From a virus: DNA of 64,000 nt. The stretch is taken from the IMG/VR virus record IMGVR_UViG_3300021142_000007, positions 71,400 through 135,399 of that record, one strand, 5' to 3'. The position numbers were made by a program, and so were the translations under genes. Position 1 is the first letter of the stretch; each line of letters begins with the position of its first letter. A model generated the notes under the pieces. The model was given only the letters and a program-made list of their open reading frames with translations. It was not told the DNA's origin and did not search any database. Shown in pieces: positions 22,144 through 32,093 of this stretch.

Positions 22144-22833
22144 TCAATTAGTGTTAGTAGTTTTGTCTGTTTCATTATATATCGTTACCTGTATTGGTAT
22201 ATGTACAGGTTCATATCGGTAATTCACCGTACTAGCATTTATCAGTATGGCTCCAGAATCCATGTCAAATCTACCATATCCTTCATGGATATGACCGCTG
22301 ACATGTAGCTTTAGGTTTTTTAATTGTTCAACCCTAGTTCTAAGTCTTGGACAACCAGCCAAGTCACCGTGTGCTGTTGTATCCAAGTATCCCCTAATGG
22401 GTCCATGTGTTATAAGAATGTTCGTGTCATCTGGAATCATATCCCAATGAGGGGTGATTTCATCATCCTTACGATTGAACGCCCAATTATAAAACCAAGG
22501 CTGAACTGGACTACCCCAAATCTTGAAACCTTCGATTTCAACACCACTATCGTTAAGATACGTTATGCTAGGGTACTTAGCTAGCATATCGCTTATGTCT
22601 TTTTTAGACATATCTTCAAAATAGAAGTCATGATTACCTGCAATAAGTATCTTGTACTTGAAGTTTAGCCCATCATACCATTTCAAGAACCCCTCGACCT
22701 CACTAGCATATCCACGACCAGACATATCTCCAGCATGGATTATCATATCGATTTCATTATTTTCATTTTTGATATGACGTTCATCGATTAACCAGTGTTT
22801 ATTATGGGTGTCGCTTATGCAGAGTATCTTCAT
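22144..22833 (-). CDS. Metallophosphoesterase (MPPED/239FB-like)
   Basis: SDTH, HAGD, GNHD, THGP, GHIHE. Confidence 0.9.
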   Translation of the reverse strand: MKILCISDTHNKHWLIDERHIKNENNEIDMIIHAGDMSGRGYASEVEGFLKWYDGLNFKYKILIAGNHDFYFEDMSKKDISDMLAKYPSITYLNDSGVEIEGFKIWGSPVQPWFYNWAFNRKDDEITPHWDMIPDDTNILITHGPIRGYLDTTAHGDLAGCPRLRTRVEQLKNLKLHVSGHIHEGYGRFDMDSGAILINASTVNYRYEPVHIPIQVTIYNETDKTTNTN

Positions 22834-23236
22834 TTCTTCAATAATTCTTTTCCATTCTTAAGTAATTCTTCTAGTTCCCATGGAGTATACATTTCATGAT
22901 ATTCTTCAAGGATTTTAGCCTTGTAGTCATCATGTAGCGTATCACCAAAAAATTTCTTGGTAACTTCAAGCTCGTATTCTAGGTCATGTATTTCTCTTTT
23001 TAGTTCGTTGTTCTCGTAGGTTATTTCATCGAAATCATCTTCGTCTATAAGATTACCGCCTAGTTTTTCGTAAACTTCACCAGCATAATGATTAAATAAC
23101 CTTACGATTTCTTTTTCGGAATCAGCAGATTCTAGTTGTTTCATGAATAACGAACAAATATCAAAGTGTTCGTTTAGAAACGCTATTAGCAGCGTTTTAA
23201 ATTGGTTGAACGTATATTCTTTTGTATCAATATTCA

Positions 23237-24382
23237 TTATGAAAAGTTTTGATTGTCATCGTTATATGTGTCTTCAACAGACTTGTTTTCATCTCTTAGC
23301 ATTTCACCAACCATACCACCAGCAAGGCTTCCACCTGCCATCTGACCCATGATAGCAGAATCGGTTGCATAACCAATCATAGCTGACGTTAAAAAGTCAT
23401 CGTTTTGAACTATTTCACGCTGACCGAAATAATTTCTAACGTATGAGTCATCTTTTGTTACATAGAAACCATTTGCATCCCTTTCGGTGATGTTCTTTGC
23501 AACAGGTGTGAAATCCTTTATGCGTTTAAGGTATTGACGGTCTTTCAAGTCACCATGCCATATATGGTATAGGTCACCCTTCACATAACCTACCTTGTTT
23601 TGTACTACGCTATTAAATCTAAGCGACCATTCGTTTACCGATTCAAGGTCTTCGGTGAATGACTTAGCAATACAAGAGTGACCTATTTGACCATACGCTG
23701 CATGTGCTATGATATGGTCAGCACCTCCAACAAGAGCCTTGTCGTAAAGAGGAACGGCATCCAGAACTTCACGTCTAGCACCCCAAGCAAATCCAACATG
23801 ACCGTGCTGGTCATAATTTGAACTGTTAGCAAATGGTGGTTTTGTCGCACAGTTAGCTCCGAAGCTTCTCCATAATTTAGGATGTCTAAGCTCTGGTAGA
23901 CTTGCAAGAAGATATAACTGCTTAGTAACTTCGAAGTTAGGCTTGGTATCGTCTTGGTCCAAGTGGAAGCAGTATTCAAAAGGCTGAATGATATTATATG
24001 TTTGCAGTGCTTTAACACCATCAACCAACCAATTTTTATTGGTAAAGACAACATCGGCATCCAACCAAAAGATATACTTGTATTTTTTATCAAGAGACTT
24101 GATGACGTTATTCAAGAGGGTTTCTTTGTGCCAAAGCAAGCTAGTTGTTTTTACGGTTTTGATGTTTTCGTTAGATGGCAATTGAGGCTTAGCGTCATCT
24201 ATCAGACACTCAATAATCCTATGATTGAGATGCTTTATCTCGTCATAGAAGATGTTGAATGCTTTGACCCTATACGGATTGTTCTGAGGATTAAAATAAC
24301 ACGAAATTATGATAGCCTCAGAGTGTGTTTTGTGCTTATCAGCGTATAAAAAGTTGTTCTTGAATGCGTCTATGATATTCAT
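23237..24382 (-). CDS. Putative GT-A fold glycosyltransferase
   Basis: WHKE, WLDADVVF (DxD), GGAD, HIWHG. Confidence 0.6.
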   Translation of the reverse strand: MNIIDAFKNNFLYADKHKTHSEAIIISCYFNPQNNPYRVKAFNIFYDEIKHLNHRIIECLIDDAKPQLPSNENIKTVKTTSLLWHKETLLNNVIKSLDKKYKYIFWLDADVVFTNKNWLVDGVKALQTYNIIQPFEYCFHLDQDDTKPNFEVTKQLYLLASLPELRHPKLWRSFGANCATKPPFANSSNYDQHGHVGFAWGARREVLDAVPLYDKALVGGADHIIAHAAYGQIGHSCIAKSFTEDLESVNEWSLRFNSVVQNKVGYVKGDLYHIWHGDLKDRQYLKRIKDFTPVAKNITERDANGFYVTKDDSYVRNYFGQREIVQNDDFLTSAMIGYATDSAIMGQMAGGSLAGGMVGEMLRDENKSVEDTYNDDNQNFS

Positions 24383-24859
24383 TTGTTTTTTTGTTTAACG
24401 CAAAGGTATGAAATTATTTTGACAACTACAAGCTTTACCAAATATTTTTTATAGCTTTTTCCGTTTCTTCTATTATCCTATCCTCATACCACATATCGAA
24501 GTATTTAATCATAAGCCACTTAGGCAGGTTTTTCTGACCAAAATAATAGGCACCAAGATGGTTGGTATCCATCGTTCCGTATATCGGGTGTTTTACTTCC
24601 CAGTTACACGGACCCAATACGACATAAGCATCGTCAAGTATCTTCTTGAACTCTCCAACTAAATCATCTAGCTTTCTTTGACACCAGTTCTTGAACACTT
24701 CAAGAGCATTGGGCATACCGCAAAAGATAGAGAAAATTTCTTCTTTTAATTCATATTGACTTAAGATGCTGGATGTATTCTTATCTATAAAACACAAACC
24801 GCTCTCTAGTTTGAAATCGTAGTTATTGGTAAGATACTTCAACACAATATCATCTTCTG

Positions 24860-26791
24860 TCATAGTCTTATAAGGGTTAAATCTATGTTTTTCTTTTCGA
24901 TATCAACCGACTTGATAACTACCATAACTTCATCACCAAGTATTATTATATTTCCAGTCTTGCTACCAACGATTCGATAATTAGGTAGGTCAGCAGAAAA
25001 TACATCACCACCAATTTCAGTTAGTCTGACCATTCCTTCGGTTTTGGTTTCTTGTATTTCAACAAAGATACCATAGTCGGAAACTGAACTTACAATTCCC
25101 TTATATATCTTACCAACTTGTTCAGACATATATATGCAATGCATGTACTTTATAGAGTCTCTTTCAGCCTTCTGCGCCTTCTTTTCTCTTTCGGATAAAT
25201 ATGTACACTTAGAATCCAACTTATCTAGTCTTGGTGCTGGCTTGCCTTCAAGGTATCTACCTAATAACCTGTGAACCATTACATCTGGATAGCGTCTTAT
25301 TGGACTGGTAAAGTGAGCGTAGTCCTTGAACCCTAGACCATAGTGACCTATGTTTTGTGTTCTGTAGTCGGCCTTTTGCATGGTCCTAGTTACCAGTGTT
25401 TCAATCATGTTCGCCTCTGGCTTACCCTTTACATCAATCAAAAGCTGATTAAGCGTTCTAGTTATATCTATTGGGTCTTCCGTTTGTATCTCATAACCAA
25501 ATTGTTTTATGAATGTCTTGAGATTCATTAGCTTTTCAGCATTTGGCTTATCATGAGCGCGATTAACCATGGGATAACCCTTTTCATTCAAGAAACGAGC
25601 AACATGTCTGTTGGCAAGTAGCATGTATTCTTCAATCAATTTGTTTGAGTCTTGACTGGTCTTGAAGGTCAGGCCGATAGGTTTGTTATTTTTATCTAAG
25701 TTAAATCGAACTTCGTGTTTATCAAAAGATATGCTACCTTTCTCAAAACGCTTAGCCCTCATTTTTTTAGCTATTTTATCAAGCATTAATACCGCATCAT
25801 ATATCTCATATGGCATATCGCTTCTGTCTCCATCATTTCTTAAAAGCGGATTTTCAATTATACTTTGAGCTTCTTCATATGTGAATCTATGGTTGGAGTG
25901 TATTACTGTTCTACCGAACCATTCTTCTATCACGTGACCATTTTTATCTACCTTAAACACCGCAGAGAAAGCAAGCTTGTCTTCATGTGGCTTAAGGCTG
26001 CAAAGACCATTTGATAGTCTTTCTGGTAGCATTGGAACACATCTGTCAACCAAGTATACGCTTGTGCCTCTAGCATAGGCTTCTTTGTCCAACGAAGTAT
26101 CAGGACGAACATAGTGTGATACGTCAGCGATATGAACACCAACTTCTACCAAGTCATTATCAAGTATTTGAAAGCTCAAGGCATCATCAAAGTCTTTGGC
26201 TGTTGCTGGGTCAATGGTGAAGGTTAATACGCTACGCATGTCTCTACGCTTAGCAATTTCTGATTCTTGTATCTTTTCATCGATAGCTTCTGATTCAGCA
26301 ATCACATCGGTATCGAAGTCGTAGGGTAAGTTATACTCCTCAAGTATAGAGTGTATTTCGGTTTCGTGTTCACCAGCATTACCAATTACACGAATTACCT
26401 CCCCATTTGGATTCTTAGCGTCATCCTTCCATTCAACAAGTCTTGCAACCACCTTCTGACCGTTGGTTGCGCCAAGTATCTTGGAAATAGGAACATAAAA
26501 GTCGAATGGTATCTTATTGCTATCTGGAATGAAGAAAGCATAGTTCTTGCTTACTTCGATGGTACCAACAAAATCAGTTCTGAACCTTGTCAGTATTTCG
26601 ATTACTTCGCCTTCAAGACCTCGACCATTTCCTTCTATCACACGTATCTTTACGGTGTCTAAGTGAAGAGCCTTATTGGTATTGATTTTGCTAATGTATA
26701 TGTCTTTTGGTAATTCATTGTTTACCAAGTATGCAGACCCCGAAGTATTCATACTAAGTCTGCCTTCAATTATATCGTCTATTTTTATCAT
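24860..26791 (-). CDS. rnr: Ribonuclease R
   Basis: TIDPATAKDFDDALS, HIADVSHYV, HFTSPIRRYPD, C-terminal S1. Confidence 0.95.
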   Translation of the reverse strand: MIKIDDIIEGRLSMNTSGSAYLVNNELPKDIYISKINTNKALHLDTVKIRVIEGNGRGLEGEVIEILTRFRTDFVGTIEVSKNYAFFIPDSNKIPFDFYVPISKILGATNGQKVVARLVEWKDDAKNPNGEVIRVIGNAGEHETEIHSILEEYNLPYDFDTDVIAESEAIDEKIQESEIAKRRDMRSVLTFTIDPATAKDFDDALSFQILDNDLVEVGVHIADVSHYVRPDTSLDKEAYARGTSVYLVDRCVPMLPERLSNGLCSLKPHEDKLAFSAVFKVDKNGHVIEEWFGRTVIHSNHRFTYEEAQSIIENPLLRNDGDRSDMPYEIYDAVLMLDKIAKKMRAKRFEKGSISFDKHEVRFNLDKNNKPIGLTFKTSQDSNKLIEEYMLLANRHVARFLNEKGYPMVNRAHDKPNAEKLMNLKTFIKQFGYEIQTEDPIDITRTLNQLLIDVKGKPEANMIETLVTRTMQKADYRTQNIGHYGLGFKDYAHFTSPIRRYPDVMVHRLLGRYLEGKPAPRLDKLDSKCTYLSEREKKAQKAERDSIKYMHCIYMSEQVGKIYKGIVSSVSDYGIFVEIQETKTEGMVRLTEIGGDVFSADLPNYRIVGSKTGNIIILGDEVMVVIKSVDIEKKNIDLTLIRL

Positions 26792-26871
26792 CTATTTAAT
26801 TCGTATCACAAAGATACATATTTGTTTCCGTATTTCCAAATAAAAACCCACTTTTTAGGGTGGGTCATTTA

Positions 26872-27384
26872 TTAGTGTCTACCTGCTGGTACAACATTTA
26901 TTTGAAAATCTGTTATCTTACCATCCAACGCATTTCTTTTTCCCCAGTCTTCAAAGGTAGGAACATGTTCTAACCTATCTTCCCATAGCTCGAAGGCCGA
27001 GTTAGGATACTTCTCAACCAAAGAATCCAATACCCTTAGCTTGAATACATCTGTGCTACCACCATAGTTATAGTGATATTCATCAAAAACCAGTTCTTTT
27101 TCATCCAAGACCTTTTTAACATGGTCACCTAGCTTTTTCAATCGACCAGTCAATAGAACCATGACCACACCTTCTTCTTTCTTGACACGGTGGTAATCAG
27201 TTATAACATCAAGAACCACAGGCATTTCAAATATGCTTGTATCCAAAGAGTCAGCTTGACTCCACCATCCCTTATGAGGCCATTCGTTTCCAGTCTTTTT
27301 TTGATACTCTACACGACCAGAATCTGGAAGAGGTGTTGATACCAGCGTTCCATCGAAATCGAAGATTTTTATTTTATTTTTCAT
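26872..27384 (-). CDS. HAD phosphatase (RNA-repair/Swiss-army-knife type)
   Basis: FDFDGTL, LLTGR, WEDR. Confidence 0.75.
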   Translation of the reverse strand: MKNKIKIFDFDGTLVSTPLPDSGRVEYQKKTGNEWPHKGWWSQADSLDTSIFEMPVVLDVITDYHRVKKEEGVVMVLLTGRLKKLGDHVKKVLDEKELVFDEYHYNYGGSTDVFKLRVLDSLVEKYPNSAFELWEDRLEHVPTFEDWGKRNALDGKITDFQINVVPAGRH

Positions 27385-28275
27385 CTGTTTTATATGTTTT
27401 AGTGTAATAGTGTTCTCCAAATCCAAATTTTTCTACTTGTGAATCAATAACACCATCTTCAAAAGCGGTTTCAATTTGCTCTTTTTCTTTTAAAAGAAGC
27501 TCTTGAATTTTTACTTGTATTTCCCACCAAGGGTCATCTAAAAGTCTACCTTCTTCCGAGTCTATCCATTCCAATAATTCTTGTAAAGCGGTTTTCATAT
27601 CTTAAGCCTTAGTATTTCTTGAGCACTTATATGAGCTTCCCCATCAATCCAATAATCAGCCTTGTTATAGACCTTTTGAATCGCCATATTATAGGCTAAT
27701 TTAAAGAGCTTTTCGCCTTCTTCTTGAATGTATTCTTTATCAAAATCAGAATATAACTCTTTTTCGACAATATCTTTTATTTCTTTTTCGCTCATATTGA
27801 ATTATTTTACACAAAGGTACGAAATCTTTTTTAAACTTCCAAATTTAATTTCTATATTATCTGGAAAATATCATCCCCAGACCTATGTTGGGGTTCTAAA
27901 TAGAATAACTGCGCACTGGGTGCTGCCATCGGAACTACAGGTATTATATCATTAGATATCAAAGACCCGATAACCCTAGTTATGTTTGGAAATAGCTTAG
28001 TATTATTCCAATAGAATCTTAGATTAACACGCTTAGCTTTTCTTTTAGCCCAAGTATTAACTATCTTCTTTATCTGACTTTCAGGTAAAGAAAATATAAG
28101 CTTTAAGTTACTAATTAAATCATCGCAGTATACATATTCAAGTTGTTCTAGGCTTGGAACATATATGCAGAATTCTCCCTTATCGTTCTTGGATAGGATA
28201 TATGTTTGATTTAAGTATCTGTATACAATCTTTATCATTGTATAACCATACTTAATTTAAAATACTATGTAAAGC

Positions 28276-28524
28276 TTATTTGGTCTTCGGCTTAAGAGTC
28301 AAATACATATTTCGCCCTTCGAGCTTAGGAAGAGCTTCAGCAGAACCAACTTCTTGAATAGCAAGAACCATCTTAAGCAGAAGTGCTTCACCAGAATCAA
28401 CGTAAGCCATTTCACGACCACTAAACTTCATGGTAATCTTAACCTTATGGCCCTTGGTCAAAAATTCTTTGATGTGTTCAATACGATATGCTAGGTCGTT
28501 ATCAGACGTGTTAGGTCCAACCTT
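28276..28524 (-). pseudogene. infC: Stranded 3' half of IF3 gene (IF3 C-domain)
   Basis: Frame reads KVGPNTSDNDLAYRIEHIKEFLTKGHKVKITMKFSGRE...PKLEGRNMYLTLKPK with no proper start. Confidence 0.85.
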
Positions 28525-28561
28525 TTCACTAATATGTGATATTTATATAAAAAAGAAAAAC

Positions 28562-29299
28562 ATGGGAAAAGTAAAATATAAGACTGAAGAAGAAAGAAAA
28601 CAAGCAATTATAGCTTCAAAGAAAAAATATGAATTAAAAAACGCTAATAAAATAAAAGAAAAAAATAAAATTTATCAAGAAAAGAATAAAGAAAAAATTA
28701 ATTTAAAAGGTAAAAAATGGCGTGAAAAAAATCCAGAAAAAATGAAAGAAATTTATTTAAGACAAAAGAATAAAACAGGATATAAAGATAAAAAAAATAA
28801 ATATAAGTTAGATAATAAAGAAAAAATAAAAATTAATAGTAAAATATATTGTATTAAAAACAAAGAAAAAATTGCTAACGCAAAGAAGAAATGGCTGGAA
28901 GAAAATCCAAATTATTATAAAACTTATGTCAAAAAAAGAAAATTAGAAGACCCATTTTTTAAATTAAAAACATCTATAAGAACAATAATTTATAAATCTT
29001 TAAAAAATAAAAATTTATCTAAAAAAAACAAAACCATTGATGTTCTGGGTTGTTCATTTGAACACTTTAAAAGTTATATCGAAAGTAAATTCGAACCTTG
29101 GATGAATTGGGAAAATCAAGGGAATCCGAAAGATGGAGTTTTTGAAATAAATAAAACATGGGATATTGACCATATAATTCCGTTAAGTTCAGCTAAATCT
29201 GAAGAAGATATTATAAAATTGAACCATTATACCAATCTTCAACCATTATGTTCTTTCACAAATAGATATGTTAAAAAAGATAACTTATTTTTTAGTTAA
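28562..29299 (+). CDS. HNH homing endonuclease
   Basis: WDIDHIIP...NHYTNLQPLC..N; Lys-rich N-terminus; opposite strand; AT-rich. Confidence 0.85.
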   Translation: MGKVKYKTEEERKQAIIASKKKYELKNANKIKEKNKIYQEKNKEKINLKGKKWREKNPEKMKEIYLRQKNKTGYKDKKNKYKLDNKEKIKINSKIYCIKNKEKIANAKKKWLEENPNYYKTYVKKRKLEDPFFKLKTSIRTIIYKSLKNKNLSKKNKTIDVLGCSFEHFKSYIESKFEPWMNWENQGNPKDGVFEINKTWDIDHIIPLSSAKSEEDIIKLNHYTNLQPLCSFTNRYVKKDNLFFS

Positions 29300-29779
29300 T
29301 GGTTTAATAAAACTTGTTATTTTTTTGTCTTCCAATTTTGGTTCGCTTTGAACAACACAATATTCCTTTAAATTAAGAATAAATTTTAAAACGACAAGCA
29401 TAGCGTTATCAACAAACATTAACTCTCTTCCCTTTAAAAATAACGTTATTTTAACAGAATGCCCTTTTTCTAAGAAATTAATTATTTGCTTTATTCTATA
29501 TGAGATATCGTTTTCTGAAATATTTAAACTCAATTTCACCTCTTTCATATCCAACGACTTTTGTTTTGGCTTCTTGCTTTGCTCGTATATGAATTTTTCG
29601 TAGTTCATAATCTTACACACAGGAGGCGATGCGTTTGCGCCAATAAGAACCAAATCCATTTCCTGTGATTCAGCCAAGGCCAGAGCTTCATTAAAAGACA
29701 TAATACCTTGTTCAGCAACCCTTACTTGACTTGCTTTGATTTCTCTGTTAAGAAGATGTTGTTTTTTGTTTTTCTTCAT
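29285..29779 (-). CDS. infC: Translation initiation factor IF3
   Basis: NREIKASQVRV, DLVLI...PPVCKIMNY, KEVKL, GHSVK..KGRE. Confidence 0.92.
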   Translation of the reverse strand: MKKNKKQHLLNREIKASQVRVAEQGIMSFNEALALAESQEMDLVLIGANASPPVCKIMNYEKFIYEQSKKPKQKSLDMKEVKLSLNISENDISYRIKQIINFLEKGHSVKITLFLKGRELMFVDNAMLVVLKFILNLKEYCVVQSEPKLEDKKITSFIKPLTKK

Positions 29780-30247
29780 TTATAAGATTTGTTTGAGTAT
29801 TCTAAATATGTCATCAAATGAATTAACCATTGTTATACCATATTTCTCAGCTGTAATATCTACATTGCCTTTTCTGTAAAACCCATCTGGACAATAAACA
29901 ATAAGCTTTCTTGACTTAGCATGAAGACCAAGTTCCAATAATGAAATCGGAGATGTTGTGTTTGGGTCGAAATACATAAGTATGACATCAGCAGATTCAA
30001 GCGCATTAAGTTCCCATAGAACTTGTTCCTTGAAGTTAGGATTGGTTATCTTTTGTTCCCAAGTTGAATCCCAACCATCACGTCTTGGATTTAAAAAAAT
30101 GAAAGGGTGGTCCTTTAATTCATTAACAACATTTTTCTGCCAATCAATCGCTTTACCCATTTGTATGCTACCGCCTAAGAATACACTTATATAACCATCA
30201 ACATAATTTATTTTATGCGGTGCCTTGATTTCAATTGCTTTACTCAT
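29780..30247 (-). CDS. Nucleoside 2-deoxyribosyltransferase-like protein
   Basis: VFLGGSI, NPRR, QVLWE, SPISLLELG. Confidence 0.85.
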   Translation of the reverse strand: MSKAIEIKAPHKINYVDGYISVFLGGSIQMGKAIDWQKNVVNELKDHPFIFLNPRRDGWDSTWEQKITNPNFKEQVLWELNALESADVILMYFDPNTTSPISLLELGLHAKSRKLIVYCPDGFYRKGNVDITAEKYGITMVNSFDDIFRILKQIL

Positions 30248-30254
30248 TTATTTT

Positions 30255-30434
30255 TTAGTTTAACATTCCGTTAAATGGGTCATCATCGTCTTCGTCATCA
30301 TCATTTTCTATGTCTATTCTTTCGATTTCATCTTCTAGTTCGTCCAAAACACTTATCGACAAAGAACCAGTAGCTTCATCGTACTTGATAACTACAACGT
30401 ATTCACCTAGGTCTATTTTTTTAGTTATTTCCAT
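30255..30434 (-). CDS. Small acidic protein (59 aa, not in ORF track)
   Basis: MEITKKIDLGEY...DDEDDDDPFNGMLN; TATTTATA motif upstream. Confidence 0.55.
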   Translation of the reverse strand: MEITKKIDLGEYVVVIKYDEATGSLSISVLDELEDEIERIDIENDDDEDDDDPFNGMLN

Positions 30435-30458
30435 AATGATATTTCTATATAAATATCA

Positions 30459-30713
30459 TCAAGAAAACCCATTTTTTATTAAATCCAGCTTTTCTTTCCT
30501 AGAAAGCTGTTTTATTCTGTATTCTTCTTTGCTGGCTTGACTTCTATCTTCAGCTTCTTTAAAGGCCAATAGAGCGACTGGGAGCCTATTTTGGGTATAC
30601 TTAGCCCCCTTGCCTTTATTGTGCGTTATAAGCCTTTTATTTACGTCTGTGGTTATTCCTGTGTATAGACTACCATCACTACATTCTAGGATATAAACAT
30701 ACCACTTTTTCAC
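30459..30713 (-). CDS. GIY-YIG nuclease (UPF0213-like)
   Basis: YVYILEC.DGSLYTGIT...HNKGKGAKYT. Confidence 0.9.
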   Translation of the reverse strand: MKKWYVYILECSDGSLYTGITTDVNKRLITHNKGKGAKYTQNRLPVALLAFKEAEDRSQASKEEYRIKQLSRKEKLDLIKNGFS

Positions 30714-30934
30714 TAGTCTAGCGTTACATATAGGGTACCAGAATTGGTTAGGCTCTGCTCTGAAACGTATCCATACTCTGAAAGTATATCATTAACTACC
30801 TTTTTCATCGAATCACTATTTCCAGTGACAATTTCAATATAGCGTATTCCCAGCTTCATATTTTGCCATATGAATGGGTCCAGTAACCTAGCAACATCTT
30901 CATGCTTAACACCATGTAAATCAATTTTTCCCAT
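30713..30934 (-). CDS. Smr-domain protein
   Basis: IDLHG...IVTG. Confidence 0.65.
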   Translation of the reverse strand: MGKIDLHGVKHEDVARLLDPFIWQNMKLGIRYIEIVTGNSDSMKKVVNDILSEYGYVSEQSLTNSGTLYVTLD

Positions 30935-31373
30935 CTATCAAAGCTTTTATCTTATCAAGACACATAGATTGAGTCTCATGAAGCATATTCTTGGCTTCAT
31001 CAAGCATAACCCATTGATAACCATCCATTTCTGGGAACCCTCCTTTGTCTTCTGGAACAAACGAATTGCACTTCAAATCTAGGTTATCCCAATTAAGGTG
31101 TGGGTTATGACCTTCGTAGACCAAAAATGGGTGAAGAGCTTTTTTCTTGCTTCGATAATTTACCATATCCATAGCAATCATAGAGCACCCCTTGACATCC
31201 ACATTTGATTCTTCAAAGGTTTCACGTATAGCAGCATCAGCGGCTGACTCACCTTCTTCTATCTTTCCTTTTGGGATACTGAAAAAATCTGGCTTATGGT
31301 TAGTTGGATGGCATATGAGAACCATTCCATTTGTCCTAACCAAAAATACTCCAGCTGCATTTACTTTTGACAT
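30921..31373 (-). CDS. NUDIX hydrolase
   Basis: PKGKIEEGESAADAAIRETFEE. Confidence 0.9.
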   Translation of the reverse strand: MSKVNAAGVFLVRTNGMVLICHPTNHKPDFFSIPKGKIEEGESAADAAIRETFEESNVDVKGCSMIAMDMVNYRSKKKALHPFLVYEGHNPHLNWDNLDLKCNSFVPEDKGGFPEMDGYQWVMLDEAKNMLHETQSMCLDKIKALIDGKN

Positions 31374-31395
31374 CTTATATGTGTTTTGTTTTGGG

Positions 31396-31854
31396 TTAAA
31401 AACCTAGGTTTTTCTTTGCAAGCGTTATATTAGAGTACTTGCTAACTCCTGTTATCTCTTCACCAAGCCAAGATGGTTTTACCCATTTCTCCATAGCCTT
31501 TATAGACTTGAATTCTACTTCTACGGTTACTAGACCATTAGGAAAAGTATCGATGTCATAGTGACCCTTTCGGTTAAAGCTAAGCCTATTTTTCTCCACC
31601 CTCATAGTGGACTTATCGTACATCAACTTAGCTTCTTTTAGTGGGATTTCGTACTCAAATTCATCTCTGATTACGGATTGAGTGAACTTGATACCCAATA
31701 CAGCTTTTGAGTTATTGATTATCCTGACACGCACTTGTTTTCCCTTTTCAGCACAAATATAGGCTTGCTTTATCTTAAGCTTTTGATATGTTGCTGGTAT
31801 CGGAATGCTTGCACCTTCTGCCAGTAAAAACTTCTTTTCAATTTCTTTTCCCAT
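31396..31854 (-). CDS. CYTH-domain triphosphatase
   Basis: EIEKKFL, VRVR, EFEYEI, EVEF, WLGEEIT. Confidence 0.9.
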   Translation of the reverse strand: MGKEIEKKFLLAEGASIPIPATYQKLKIKQAYICAEKGKQVRVRIINNSKAVLGIKFTQSVIRDEFEYEIPLKEAKLMYDKSTMRVEKNRLSFNRKGHYDIDTFPNGLVTVEVEFKSIKAMEKWVKPSWLGEEITGVSKYSNITLAKKNLGF

Positions 31855-32093
31855 AATACAAAGGTACTAAATATTTCTTGCATTGCCAAATACCATCCCA
31901 TCTTTTTTTGAAAGCTGGCCAAATAGTTCATATTTTTTTGCTATATTATCACAATAATCAATAAGCTTATTACAAACATATCTATGGTTCTCACCAATAA
32001 TCAAAATTGGTATCCACATCCAGAAAGGAGTTGTGATTATCATTACCAAAATAAACAAATATATTATTCCAATATATAACCTTAGAAAGATTT

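Noticed and set aside
28430-28561. N-terminal extension of the HNH ORF given in the ORF track
   Set aside because: It is the antisense of the infC remnant; the real start is 28562 behind TATTTATA
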